Shown: positions 1 through 14,030, numbered from the stretch's first letter. The stretch: 64,000 bases of DNA from Octopus vulgaris (GCA_951406725.2 OX597815.1:93062001-93126000); one strand, 5' to 3'. Notes: a model not told the origin generated them from the letters alone. Made by a program: numbers and translations.

Positions 1-1171
1 TCAACACACCCTTGTATATATATATATATATAAACAAGAATATTATTGACAGTATTGACAGTCACTTTGAAGTTTCAGCCAGCTAAACCATCTGACTTTG
101 AACTCACTGCCAATAATATTCTTATTTAAGAATGATAAATTTGCACTCTACAAAAATATACAGAAACCTGTCAGTTTAATGCAAAACTGTTTTTACTATT
201 ACTGAACATAAAAACAAACAATATATATATCATTTGAAACAGTTTGATCTGTAGGAGGTTTTCTATGTTGTTTAGCTGCGAGTGTGCAGATTTATGATCA
301 AAACAGTCTATCTCTGACCATATAATCTTATTTTCTGATATGTACATTTAAGATTGTATTATTCAATGTGTCCTTCCTTTCTAAGATGGTTAGGTACGAT
401 TTGATTGAGATTTGACTGCTATTTCTTGTGGGGTGAGGGATCACACAAACTTCCTTTTATTATTTGGTGCTATATGTGCCTATTAGCATCTCATGCTAAC
501 ATCTCTATGGGATTGTATCATTAGGTGTCAGACAGTTCGTAATTAACCAATATTTATATAGAACAGTGCTACAAAATTCTCTACTAGTTAATAACATCAC
601 AGTACAAGACTTTCTTAATTGGAGCTGCTGCTCATAAGAACTGGAGCTCTTGTATATCAATAGGCTTGGTTCCTACAGCTGGATACCCTTCCTATTTTGC
701 CAACCACTTTACAAGATGTACTGGGTGCAGTCTGACTTGTTTGTAGAAACAGCTACACAGTGAAGAAACTTCACAGTAACAGGCCACTAAATCAGACAAT
801 TAACAGGCTACTAGATCAGATTAAATAAACTGCACACACACACACACTAGAATACTTGTTGCACTCTTTTTGTTTTTCTTTTTATTACCAGTAGTAGCCA
901 TAGAATAGTACCAAAAATTGGGTATTTCACTTTAAACCAATCCAACATTTTTTTTTTTCAATTATTTTACTGTACACATTTACTTTTAAAAATTTCATTT
1001 ATTTATATTTTAATTATTATCAACCATCAGCAATAACTAACAGCAATAACAGTTGCTGAGCAAAGAGAGATCAGATACACACTCATTATTAGAAGGTAGA
1101 GATGTAATAGGCAAAAATACCAGCTTCATGTAGCCCTCAAAATCCAGGTGAAATACTCTTAATATGATAAA

Positions 1172-1392
1172 CCCTTTAGCATTTAAACCGGCCATATCCG
1201 GCCAAAAGTATTCTGCCTGTTTTATGTTCAAACTGGCCAGATCTGGTCTCTCACACCAGCCCTACAATATCGTTTTAGAAATTAACAGCTACCTCATCGA
1301 AATCTCATAGCTACAAGATAATGCATGATTAGTTCAAAACAATGTGGATGAAAATGCATTAATTTTGGCAGAATAATGCGAACACTAAAGGG
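1172..1392. mobile_element. piggyBac-type MITE
   Basis: Termini CCCTTTAG...CTAAAGGG, flanked by TAAA and TTAA. CpGs retained. A related copy lies at 33229-33342. Confidence 0.75.
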
Positions 1393-1683
1393 TTAAAATA
1401 GTGGTAGTACTCTTTATATACAGGATACAAAATCCAACTCCTACTAGAGGCAAGAGAGTGGGTAGTAGAAATATGAATTTGACTTAAGCAAGTGATAATG
1501 ATACAAGTATATACTATTTTTCGTATTTCTTCTTATTCAAATAATATTATTAACAGTGATTTAACTCTGAAAATGTTTAAGAACTTGAATTTATCAATAA
1601 TACTAAACTAATTAATCATTACAACAAAGCAACACTTATCTACACTAATTTCACCAACAATATTGATTCCCGAGCCAATGAGA

Positions 1684-1886
1684 GAACTTCTGTGTGGTTG
1701 TTCCACCTACTAGAAATAGCAACCAAATCTTCAAATACACCATATTGTCTAAAAAAGAACACAGAGTTGGATAATGTAGTCCTAGGTTCCTTGTTTAAAC
1801 AAAAATGCTCATATGGTCATAGTTAGGATGATTTGATAATAGGTCGTCTGTGCAATCAGAGTTGACCTGAGGATACTAAACAACAC
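1684..1886 (+). repeat. Old dispersed repeat family E (copies near 260-460, 5278-5450, 5810-5966, 15190-15360, 18560-18715, 38968-39140, 50290-50480, 51405-51600, 57555-57765, 59850-60000)
   Basis: Recurrent ctagaaatagcagccaaatct...ggataatgtagtcct...gatggtca...ttgatcataggtc...gacctg..ctaaacaac in both orientations. Confidence 0.7.
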
Positions 1887-2429
1887 CCGGTTTCCACTCT
1901 TATTTCTTATAGTTGTACTTATGGTACTGAACTGATAATTATAATCTTCTCCAAATTTGTGACGGACACATAACTATGTGAAGTACACTTACATATTCAA
2001 TTACAACTGTGACTGACAAGGCAATATTGCTCACATATCTTGGACAGAATAGCTGCTACACAACTATAAAAGAGGAAGAAGAGGGATACAAATGTCCTTT
2101 GCAGGCTCTTTCAAACTGGTCAGATTAATGCATTAACTGGACTGCTTTGAACAATAAAAAACCCACCTAACAGCAATACAAGTCTTAACACACTATACTC
2201 CATTAACTCTCAGATTTTTGACAGTATATTGCTTTGTCTCTTGTATTACTAGTAAAACAGTTATAGCTCTCAATTTTCATGTCCCTTTCTTCTTGTCCCC
2301 ATTTCATAAATGCATCCTCTCTTTCTGCTTTTTTGAAAACAGACGTCAATCTAAACAAGACAGTAGGTACTCCAAAGGTTAAGAACTCCGATCTTCTCCC
2401 AAACTTGTCTCAACACAATGAATACTTAA

Positions 2430-3470
2430 TTTAGTAATGTGAAGTATTACTTAGTACTCAGTAATGTGATAAATAAATACATTATCTCAATAATGTGAAA
2501 AACAGCAAGATTATTTCAATATATGAAAAATATGTAGTTTATCTCAATGTGTGGAATATCTTAGTAATGTGAAGAATGTGTACATTAAGTAAATAATGTG
2601 TTGATTGCCTTAGTGATGTGAAGAATGTACTGATTCTTTCACTGAAAATGTGCAGATTATTTCAATAATATATAGAATGTTTAAATTATCTCAAATCATA
2701 TCAAAACCATGTATGTTATCCTAATTATATGAAGTATGTGCAGATTATCTCAGTATTGGCAATAATGAGTAGATTACCTAAAAAAGCAAAGAACATACAA
2801 ACTACGTCAATGTGTAATATGTAAGATTAATTTGTTAATGTGAAAAAAATGTATAGATTACAATAGTAGAGTGAAGAATGTGCAGGTTGTCTCTCAAACC
2901 ATGTAGAATGTGTAATTTATTGTGAAAAATGTGAAGATTAAGTAGATTAGCTCAGTAATGTGAAAATTGTCTAAAATTGTTCAAAAATGCATATAACCTG
3001 TAGATTATCTTAGTAATCTGAATAATGTTTATGATATTTTGGTAATGTGAAGAATATGTTGATTATTTCAGTAATATGAAGAGTGTATTGATTACCTCAG
3101 GTATATAAAGAATGCATACCTTATCTCTAAAAATGTGTAGATTTTCTCAAAAATATGATCAATGTGTAGTTGCTCCAAAGAATGTGAAGTTTATCTAAAT
3201 AATATGAAAGAAATGTGTTGATTTCTTCAATACTAGACAGTTCAAATGAAGTAAATAATGTGTAGATTAATCTCAGTAATATGAAGAGTGTGTAGGTTAT
3301 CCCAATAATGTGAAGGCATTTCAAAAATGAGTAGAAAGTGTGGATTACCTAAAAACGTGTGAAGAATATATAGATTGAGTCAGTAATATAAACAGTATGT
3401 AGTTTATTTCAAGAATGTGCAGATTATCTCAGTAATGTGTAGAAAGTGCAAATTGTATCAATAATGTGTT
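2430..3470. repeat. Degenerate minisatellite, about 29-bp unit AGATTATCTCAGTAATGTGAAGAATGTGT
   Basis: The unit recurs head-to-tail over about 1 kb. Confidence 0.85.
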
Positions 3471-5973
3471 ATGCAATTATAAAAAACAAAAAAAAGAAAA
3501 GATCTTTGAAAAGTTTTTTTAATAACTCTTAAGAGTAATCATATGTTATGATTGACTGGCTGACAGTATGATGCTATGTAGGTCAGTTACCATACTTGCT
3601 GGTTCATGTGATACACATTTTCCTGAAAAATAAAAATAAAACTCCACCAAATCTCCCTTCTTCTTATAGCAAAAATGTGAGCTTCTAGAATGGACTTTAA
3701 CAGCTGGATCTAATTCTCACTAGAATCCCTGTCTTGTATTAAGAACATACACTTAAAATTCATGTATAATATAATCTGGTGTTATAACTGCTATAATTTG
3801 GTGAATGTTGATGGTTACTAGTAAGACGTTTACCAGGGTTTATACTAACACTGGTAACAGAATACTATTTGCTTGGTTTGGTACGTACTGAATTGATATT
3901 GATAACTCTCATACCATTGTAGGTAGGCAGAAGTATGACCAAAGCTAGATGCCACTTGAGCTGTTAGTTTAGTTTTGCAGCTGACAGTACCACTCTATGA
4001 CACTTCACAATGTTGACTAACAAGAGCAGACAGACTTGCACAATTAGTTACAAACTGTAAGTTGTTGAATATGCTAAACAACAAGGCTATTGAGTTGCTG
4101 AGTAACAGTATGGACTGTTATTGCTGGAAGATGGAGGAGGAGGATTTGCGAATGGGAAAAACAGGAAGAAGCATTTAAGAAAACAGGAATGAAAAAACAA
4201 ACTTTTTCATAGAAAAGCAGAATTTCCATAACTGGAAGACACTATAAAACTATAGATAGACAATCACAAAGTATGGAGTATACAGTCTCAATGAAGACAA
4301 TGATGGGTAAAGCAAGGAGATTGGTAGGAAAGGGAATATAGTAGCAAATGAGTTTGCTGGCTTGCCTAAACATAAGAATAATGACCAAGATTACAAAGAA
4401 GAAACCTGAAGAGTATGAAGAAAAATTACTTTATAATGTCAGGAAGGAAACAAATTATGAACTAAGGGAAATGAGCAACAAATAGTGGTGCAAAAACAGT
4501 GACTGGAAACAGTATAGTCATAATATCTAAGTGCTTTGTTGAAAAAACCTTAAATTAAAAGCAAGTAGTTATCCATTGTGGTCACAGTTACTGGATGTCC
4601 TGCCAACAAACCATTCAGAATAGAAGAGGATTATTAATGAGAAATCATCACAAGCAACACTGAGTATAATTAATTGATAACAGATTTTAAAAAAGGCCTG
4701 TGGCCTTAACAATGAAAACAGGACTTAATAATAGCACTATGAAGAGCTGCAGTAGTGACATTGGCATAGATAACAGAAGTGATTAATGTGTTAATAAATG
4801 AAGTCTTCAACTATCTGTTTCTCAAAAGAAAAATAAATCTCACATTAAGAATTAGTTATAAAGTAGAGTTGTAAGGAAACTTTGTTTTGTTGAAACCTTC
4901 TCTCATAGATAAACTCTCCTTTGAATATAATAAGGTCTTGAATGCACCATTAATTTCCACAGTATATGGGAGACCAGTGAGTTGCACAAGCAGTCAGAAC
5001 TAGGCAATACCTTTAAAACAGGTGGTTAAAATTTAAACAAGCTCAATATATAGTTTGTAGTGAGCATGGCCAGCAGCAGTGTACTAAATGTTGTTAACAA
5101 TCAGCTATTTTGTTTGTAATTAGATATTTTTTAGAAAATAAATTTTTGATATGTTCATAAATTATTAACCCCCCCCAAAAAAAAATATACTTTACTAATA
5201 AAAAGGTGCATCTTATTACCTACAGATGGAAATATGGCATAGTATGGAATATGTAAAATAATGTATGTTTGTATGACATTGTTTAGCCCTAAGTTAGTAC
5301 TGATTAAGCAGACCTATGATCAAAACAGCAACCATCTTGTCTTTTTGTATACTATGAATTACATTATCCAATGTAACTTTCTTTATTTGAGACAGCATAG
5401 TGAAAACTGAGGGAGATTTGATAGCAAACTCTAGCAAACTGAGCAAGTTGCCTTATGTGTATGGTGAGGAAATGCGAGTTCTAATAATTCAAGCAATAAC
5501 ACCGACATTCTTCATGTATAAATAATAGTGTACATGCACAGACCTTATGCCACTAGTACCACTACCATTCCTTTAAATTGTAGTACCTCGATACTTCAGT
5601 GCCTATGAGCTACTGCATCTCCACATTTTCATACTTTATCTTTCTGTGGCATGTAAAAGTTAACAAATTTCAAGAGGAAAAAAGTCAGGAAAGAGGAAGC
5701 GAGAAGTACTGGTTGAGTGGAGTTTCTACTTTCAGATGGTCTCATATCTACACTTGATAGAGAGTAACTTTATATCAGGAACTGAACTGCTATTGTTGTT
5801 GTTGCTGCTGCTGTTGTTTAACCCTAGGTGTATCCTGATCAAGCTGATCAGGATAAGGTATTCTGGGTGTGATCGTCCTATCTTTTTAGATGTATCCAGC
5901 TAGGATGACATTAATTAATATGTCAGCCCTTTGAAGATGGTCATGATTTGAGGGAGATTTGGCTGCTATAATG

Positions 5974-5976
<3 letters not shown>

Positions 5977-6036
<60 letters not shown>
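5977..6036. repeat. (GA)n microsatellite (another at 57418-57486)
   Basis: Directly visible. Confidence 0.95.
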
Positions 6037-6039
<3 letters not shown>

Positions 6040-7049
6040 TTGAGAGTGAAGAGTAGCAATCTGAATAATCAGTGAAGATATTTCTGGTTATGTGGTGTTG
6101 CAGAAGAGAATGGGGATGCTTTAGGAAACTTGAACTAAAATGAGTGAATGGAGTCAAATAGGAGAGAGGTGTGCAGTAATGCAAACAAGTTGTGCAGCTG
6201 AGCTGGCTGCAGCTAGAGTAAATAAATATATATGATAGACAATTGTCAAAAGAGACTCTGTTGAGATGTTTGACTCAGATACTATTTTACTGACCTGTTA
6301 GCTAATCAAGTAACCAACAAAAGCACAGTGAAAATACCTATATTAGGATGACAATAAGGTCTGTGGAATTAATTATTGCTTCCTTGTGAAACAGGCTTAA
6401 GTTTAACTGATGTGTGAACAGGAGGTTTCAATGGTCATGCCTTTCTACAAGTTGTATAAATGAAATTAAAAAAAAAATACATCAAACCTTACAGCTGTCT
6501 CTCAATGAAACTTAATTTTATCATGATTGTTAGAATTAACAATTAATTAGAAAGACATTTTAACATAAAAATTTGCAATCTTTAATTTAACAGGTATCTT
6601 CCTTCTCTTCCAACTGGGTAACCATGTATCTTTCCAATGGCAAGACATGTTCCTGTCCCCTTATCATGCTTTAATATCTCATTACCTGGCATAAAGCCAC
6701 CTTTCTCAATACTACTCCCCACTCTTCAGTTGAGGTGTTTTGTCTTGCAAGTTACTTTAGTAACCTGGTTAGTGCCAGTACCACATAAAAAAATACCCAT
6801 TGCACTCTGTGAAGTGGTTGGTAAGACATTGGAGCTTGGCTCAGTCCTCTGGTTTGTCAGTCCCTGTCTCTACTGAACCATTTAACCCATATCAGTATGG
6901 AAAGCAAACTTCAAATGATGATAGTGATGATGATGGAGAAAGTAGATGTAAAATGATAATCATGAGACACATACATTATGATCATGAGACACACAAATAT
7001 CCTCCATCTAGAAGTGTTACTTTCCTGAAATCCTTGCTGTAATGTAGTA

Positions 7050-8320
7050 TTTCACAATGTAAACCCTATTTTGCCAATTGGCTTCTGTGTAACATGAAAG
7101 TAATGAGAAAATGCATACAGCATCACAGAACTCCATGTTAATGCAAGATCTTCATGAACTCAGTACTTCCACTTTCATTGGTTGAAATTTTTGGGGTGAA
7201 GGATGGAGTTAGCTAATCAAATTAACATTCCTGTTGATCTGAGATCTTACACAGTAGAATGGTCAAGTGTTGATATCTGCTCCATGAAGATCTCTTAAGT
7301 GAGGATATAGAAAAGCTGGGATCCCTTGCATTATCTGGTATTAACTTGGGATGGCAAAAGTAGAAATTTTGGTACTATGTTGAAGCATCCAGTTCAAGGT
7401 TTTGCAAAGCTTTCAATTCCAATAAATCATAATTCATTATAGGTCTCAAGTTATAAATAGATTCCAACTCTGGGATTGCAATTGCTCCTGATCCAGAGAA
7501 AGTACATGTTACAACACACTTGTGTTCAGTAGATTTTGACCATACTAACATAAATTGTTGATATTTTGGTATGACAGGCACAACTAAAAAAAAAATTGTT
7601 CTTCAAATAACTGAACTTATTATAAACAGTAATGACTAGAACACAAATCCCTGTAGCACCCCACTTGATGTTTTTTTGAAAGGATACTGCTCAATTCAAT
7701 AACTTGTCTTCTGTCTCACAAAAGGTCAAACAACTTCTCATAGTTTTCTAGATATGTCAAAACCATGTACTGTTCTGTGGTAAAATATATCATTCCTATA
7801 ATTGACTTTATGAAAAGACTTCACAATGTCCAGATATACCATATCTATGTTTGACTGATCAGCCTGCTGCTTCAGTTCACAGGAGTAAAACATGTGATGA
7901 GGTTTCTACGTAGATGGAAATTATGCTATGTATTACTTAGTAAGTAATTTTTTTCTCAGAGCATAATCAGTTTTTGTCTCTTATATGTTGAAGAACTCAT
8001 CTGGTTCAATATATTTGCAAATGTATCAGTGGAACAGTTTGTAAATATTTTTGTTCATCTATTGTTGCACTTACCTTTGATAGGTCTACTATAAATAGGT
8101 CACTACAACAATGTCCGTTTGTAATGTACTGAAACTGTATTTTTATTTTTTGAAATCTGTAGAAAGCTTTAGAGTTGGTAATGATATTTTCTATACACCA
8201 AATTTTCTTTACTGATCCTTTATTTTTGCTAAGAGCATTTCATATATAATTTCTACAAGTGACAGCCTTAAGTTAATTTTATTACTGTCAGTAGGTAACA
8301 TCTATTTTAGCAATTTGAGA
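7050..8320 (-). mobile_element. Decayed CR1/L2-like LINE RT fragment
   Basis: Minus-strand remnants DMVYLDIVKSFHKV and TSSGVLQGFVF*SLLFII. Homologous to 11170-12380. Confidence 0.65.
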
Positions 8321-9232
8321 CTAATCTCATGAGTGTGTGGGTGTGGGTGTGTATAGTGCACCATGCAACTGAGAACAAAACAAAACACAAAGTAAAACAG
8401 ACACCAAATATAAAGAATAACATACTCCCAGAAAAATGGCACACATTACTCAACTGGAAGCATCAAAGAAACAAGTTATTCCACAAAAGTGCTCTCAATT
8501 ACAATGGTAGTCACAATTCAGCCACAGGATAAACTATATATTGGGATCAGATGCCTCCTGCCCATGTCACTAATGATGCATGAGGCAGCTTTAATGAGTC
8601 CTTAACATATTTGCAAGAGAGAAAACAGCCAACCTGATGTTGTTTGACACATATTCTAATATGAAGGTTAGCTGCCAGCTTGGAATAAAATTGGTAAAAT
8701 AAATGCAGTAGGACTACGGCAACTATGGACCATTAATGTGAAGTTTACAAATACAGTATTTAAAAGATATGTTTAGCTTTATGCCCATTATTATTGTAAT
8801 CAGAGAATATACTAGTGTATTTGGATTCTTGAGAAAAAAATGCAACTTCATAATTCCTATACTACACTTGATTATCATATCTGAAACATAAGTACGTAAG
8901 ACATTCTTCTGATAGGGTGAATGATTGCATAAATGATAATTTTAAAGAAAACAACAGCATTTTTTTAATGTGTTTTCTTTTCAACTTTGTCAAAAGTAAA
9001 CAGAATAGACGATTAGACATAAAGTTTTGTGCTGTCAACTGTACTTGTCAGCAAACTGAGAAGGAACATCACCATTTCCTAATGAGCATATATGAGTACA
9101 GCTGAACACAGCTACATTTAACTGCCCAAATCTTCAGGAATAATTATGTAATACTGTTTATTTTACATATGACACACACACACACACACTTGTAGAAAGC
9201 AGACATAAAATTATCTATACATATTATCAATG

Positions 9233-9552
9233 TGTCTGTGTGGTAAGATGCTTGCTTCACAACTACATGGTTCCTGGTTCAGTCCCACTGAAATGGCACA
9301 TTGGATAAGCGTTTTCTACTATAGCTCCAGGCTGACCAAAGCCTTGCGAATGGATTTGGTAAATGGAAAACAAAAGATGCCTGTTGTGTGTGTGTGATTG
9401 TGTTTGTCTGCCAACTACCTCTTGACAATCAGAGTTGATTTCTTTGTGTCTCTATAATTTTGATAGAGTAGGAACTAGATTTTTAAATAAAATGATAGTG
9501 GGGTTGATTTGTTTGATTAAAATCCTTCAAGGTGATGCTCCAGCATGGCTGT
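9233..9552 (+). mobile_element. Degenerate family A SINE (other fragments near 14190-14345 +, 25190-25330 -, 27755-27835 -, 30495-30570 -)
   Basis: Colinear similarity to 24399-24808. Confidence 0.75.
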
Positions 9553-9749
9553 ATATCAATGTAAGACATATTTTATGTGTGTGTGTATGTGAGAGAGAGA
9601 GCATATATTTGTGTACAGTTAGATGTATAGCCACTATTGTTAATTTTAGAGTTTCATGTAGATTTTTATCATCCAATTTGTGTCCAGTATAGTGCTTATG
9701 TTACTACTATACTTAGTATTACTAGTTAATATATACAGACCAAAAGTAG

Positions 9750-10011
9750 GAGAAATTATGACAAACACGATTTTATAACAATTCTTCCTTATGCACATTT
9801 CACCAATATTACTGCTAGGAATGACACCATTAGATGTTCCAAGTGCAATTGGATGCTTAACCACAACAGGTCATCAGGGGAACCTGATGATCCATTGTGG
9901 TTAAGCACTCAATTGAACATGGAAGATTCAATACACTCATTCCAAACAGCAACATTTGTGAAAAGTGCACAGGGAACAATTGATATAAAATTGTGTCTGT
10001 CATAATTTCTC
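9750..10011. repeat. Diverged 262-bp palindrome
   Basis: gagaaattatgacaaacacgattttata... mirrors ...tataaaattgtgtctgtcataatttctc. Centre TCATCAGG-GGAA-CCTGATGA. Confidence 0.9.
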
Positions 10012-10243
10012 ATTATAATTCTTTAGTTTTAATTGTTATTGTTGAGTGCTTCTTACAATGCTGGTCAGTTTTTTTTGTGTAATCACATGTGTGTATGTGT
10101 GTGTGCATGTACACACGCATGAATTTTAGGTTTGTCAAAATATGTTTGTGAAATATTTTAACTACTAACTCATTGTAGTTACTGTGGAGAAAAATTCTCT
10201 CTAATAGTAAAAAAAAAGGTGTAAAAACACCATTTTTGTCCAG

Positions 10244-10259
10244 TGCTGCCACCTGCTGG
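10244..10259 (-). promoter_or_regulatory. CTCF-like binding motif CCAGCAGGTGGCAGCA
   Basis: Close match to the bilaterian CTCF core consensus in otherwise AT-rich unique sequence. Confidence 0.5.
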
Positions 10260-11045
10260 ATTCCCAGACATCAACACAACTAGCTTCTTAACTATTACCA
10301 ATGGGAAATACCAAAGAGAGGCAACTCTGGACAGACATAGTTAAAGCCATGGCTTTAACTAAAATACAGTCAACAACATTGACTGACTTGTGCCAGCAGA
10401 CCGCTAAGAATGTGAAAATTACAGTAATATCAGCACAAAGCAGTGTTTAGGCATAAATATATAAACACACACACACACAAATGTACTAGAAGGAAATTTC
10501 AAGGAAAAGTGTAGCATCAGTATGTACAAGTGGGAATTGTTGGTAAATAACAATCAAAAGTGAAAAGGACTCATCTATGCTGGGGCTCAATATTATGACA
10601 CAATATGGATCAAATATCTCAACAATAAATGAGAGTAAAAGACAGTATGAAGTGATGAATACAACATCTATTCTTCCATAAAAAAAAAAGACAAATGTAT
10701 GATCTGAAACCAGACTTGTGGATCACACATTAGTCTACATAGCCACATATAGGTCCACAGAAGTTAAACCTGGTGGATAATCATCATTAGCACACATACA
10801 CATGCAGAGATACATACACACATGCAAACATATATGTGCATACATGCAAATATATATATATATATATATATACACAGACCAATATATACATACATAAACC
10901 ATAAAAACGTACAAGCACATATATAAATGTATACACACACCATATATGTACATATGCTACACAACTGAAAAACTTGACAAAAACAGACCCTTGAACATAC
11001 AAAGACAAAAAATACACAGAACACTCAACTTAAAAGCACGCAAAT

Positions 11046-11098
<53 letters not shown>

Positions 11099-11169
11099 AC
11101 ATACACACATATATATATTATAAAATAATGATAATAATAATAATAATAATAATAACATACATACAATGA

Positions 11170-12380
11170 CATATATATATCAATATAGTTTGTAAGACGG
11201 GGTATTCTAATATGTGTCTGAGACCTATTACAAACAGTAATTGTTCTAAGACAGCTTCCAGGGGTATACTGATGAAAATTGTTACAGTTATTTAAAGGGT
11301 ATCTTTGATCACAATTTAACTTTTGTTCTGTAAAGAGAAATACAAGAACACTCATAATTTTCCAGTTATACTTTGACCATGGACCTTGTGATACATTATC
11401 CCAAAGGCCACTATAGCATATTTGCTGCTGATTGGTTAGCTGTTTCAATAACCAGTTGTGGCGATAGATTCTACCTGGATAAAAACTTTGATAGTAAGTC
11501 ACTTAGCTAGTAATTTTCTTCTAATGTAAGTAGATTTTCTCTAATAATTTACTGTATCAACTTACTGATTATAGTTCTCTCTGGGAGATAAGGACTATAC
11601 TTTTTAGCACCTGGTCTGCTTTCTTCCATATGACAGGACAAACAGGATTCAGTAATATGATGAGTGGCACCAAAGAAGAACATCTTTATGAAATGATAGC
11701 CCAAATAGCTTGCATATGACTTCCAATGAAGTTTTCAAAAATGAATTATGAAGTTGTTTGGTTAGTCTTTCTGCATGGGTTTAAAAGAACTGTTAGGAAA
11801 CTATCAGACACTATTCTTGAGCAAAAGTACAGTTTATCTAAATGCATATTATATTAATGTAATTGATGAGTACTAACTCCTTATGCTGAGTTGCAATTTT
11901 GAAAACTTTTGAGTCATCTATTAGTATATGTACCAGCAATGTTGTGAAGACAATGCTGACTTGTTTATTCATTATTTCCTTTGCCATTTGAGGCTCTACA
12001 TTAAATATACAACTTCCTTCAGAGAATGGTCCTATTTTATAATGTACTGAAACTGTTTTTTTGAAACTCTCAAGACTTTAGGGTTGGTTTCTTTAAGGTT
12101 TCTATGGCCCAGTGCTCCCTTGGTACTATTTTTTTTTTGTAGAAGAATGTTCTTTTGTTCTCAATTTTCACAAGGAATATTAAGTTATTTCTTCATTTTA
12201 GTAATTTAAGATCATCTTTATCCATCTCACAAGAATGTTTCTATCCCTAGAAAGGATATTTGTATAATCTTAGTCTTCCTTTCTGTAACATGTTTAATAC
12301 ATATGGCTTACATCATTGCTTCAGTTTCATGACATTTTGCATGGAGAAAATTTGGGGCTAGTTTTAATTTGGATATCTCT
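11170..12380 (-). mobile_element. Decayed CR1/L2-like LINE fragment
   Basis: YQSFYPGR (QxGFxxGRS) remnant. Shares taatgtactgaaactgt...ctttag.gttggt with the 8120 region. Confidence 0.6.
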
Positions 12381-12800
12381 TTGTTAATTGTCTTTTTTTT
12401 TTTTTGAAAATGTTGGGTAGACAGAAATGACATGTTCTTTGCGAGATGCTAAGCCACAAAAAAAGTACTCAATACAAAAAGTATAAAAGAGAAAAGAAAA
12501 AAGATTATATAATTAAATAGACGCTGAAATTTCATAAGTTTGAGTTTCGTCTTTTGCTTCCTCAGGTAGTAGTGATTTGATTAAATAACTACTGCCTGAT
12601 AAGCTGAAACTTGGACATATGTTAATGAAGATTCAGCTTTTAAAATTTTATATCACACTATACTTTGTATCAAGTACATTTCTTTTCATGTTCTGGCATT
12701 CTTAAAGACCTGAATACATAAATATATAAGCACATTTCTACATACAGACACACCGGAAATTAACTCAGTTACTTGTATGTTTTACTTAGATATATTCATT

Positions 12801-13133
12801 GAAGGCACATGACTCAGTGGTTAGAGCATCGAGCTTGCGATTGTGAGTTTGTGATTTGAATCCCATACTGGGCTGCATGTTGTGTTCTTGAGTAAGACAC
12901 TTTATTTCACGTTGCTCCAGTTCATTCAGCTGTAGAAATGAGTTGCGACGTCACAGGTGCCAAGCTGTATCGGCCTTTCCATTTCCCTTGGATAACACTG
13001 GTGGCGTGGAGAGGGGAGGCCTGTATGTATGGGCGACTGCTGGTCTTCCATAAACAACCTTGCCTGGACTTGTGCCTGGGAGGGTAACTTTCTAGGTGCA
13101 ATCCCATGGTCAGTTATAACCGAAGGGGGTCTC
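12801..13133 (+). mobile_element. tRNA-derived CORE-like SINE (family B); older copy near 18284-18525
   Basis: A box TGACTCAGTGG, B-box-like GATTTGAATCC, central TTGAGTAAGACACTT...CAGCTGTAGAAATGAG. Confidence 0.75.
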
Positions 13134-13539
13134 AGCATATCAGTTGCTGTAATATAATTGTCAATTTCAACACAGGATAACAATTTATAGCTGCTACAAA
13201 TGTTCTAGTTTCTTATCAAGCATTGTGTACCTCAGACTACATTTCCCAATGTGCCCCTCTCACTTTTCAAAATTGTTGTTACATGTATTCTATACATTTG
13301 AGGGCAACACAAGACCAGAATCCAAACATTGTGTCCTTGAGTATGTTCTACACACTTGGGGATGATGCAAGGACAGAATCAAAACATTCTGTTATTGTGT
13401 TCTTTACATCTGAGTTTATAATCAAAATTCACCATGCCTCTCTCCATTATATGTAATTAACATCAGAAAAAGTGAACACCTGCAGTAGAGCAATCAGTGC
13501 AGCTTCCACATTGGTGGCACATTTGTGCAACATCTATTT

Positions 13540-14030
13540 TACCATTTCAGTCATGCAATATCTATTATACGTACACTAACATACACCACAGCCTATCTCA
13601 CTTGTACAACTTCTAAGCAACATATTTCACCTGTACAACACTTACACAAAATACGATACTTTACCTGTACATACAATATCTCACCAGCACAACAACTACA
13701 TAATACCTGCTACATCACCTGTACAACACTTATACAATACCTGCTATCTCACCTGTACAAAATATCTTAACATTTCTACCAAATATTTCAGAATTTTCCT
13801 TGTTTGGCAAGTGACTTGATTTAAGATAATATTGGAAGTGAAACAATTACATTGGTAATTAAACAATTTAAACAATGGCAACAGCTGTTTCTGGCAGCCT
13901 AGATATTTGCCATCAACCAATGGTAACAGCTCTTACCGACAGCTTCTAGTCTAGACAATTATCTACCAACCAATGATAACAATCATTTTAGTCAGCCTGC
14001 AGCCTAAATATTTCCCATAAACTAATGAAA
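13540..14030. repeat. Two adjacent degenerate minisatellites (atctcacctgtacaac... and caatggtaacagct...gcagcctaga...)
   Basis: Visible periodic motifs at 13540-13770 and 13870-14030. Confidence 0.65.
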
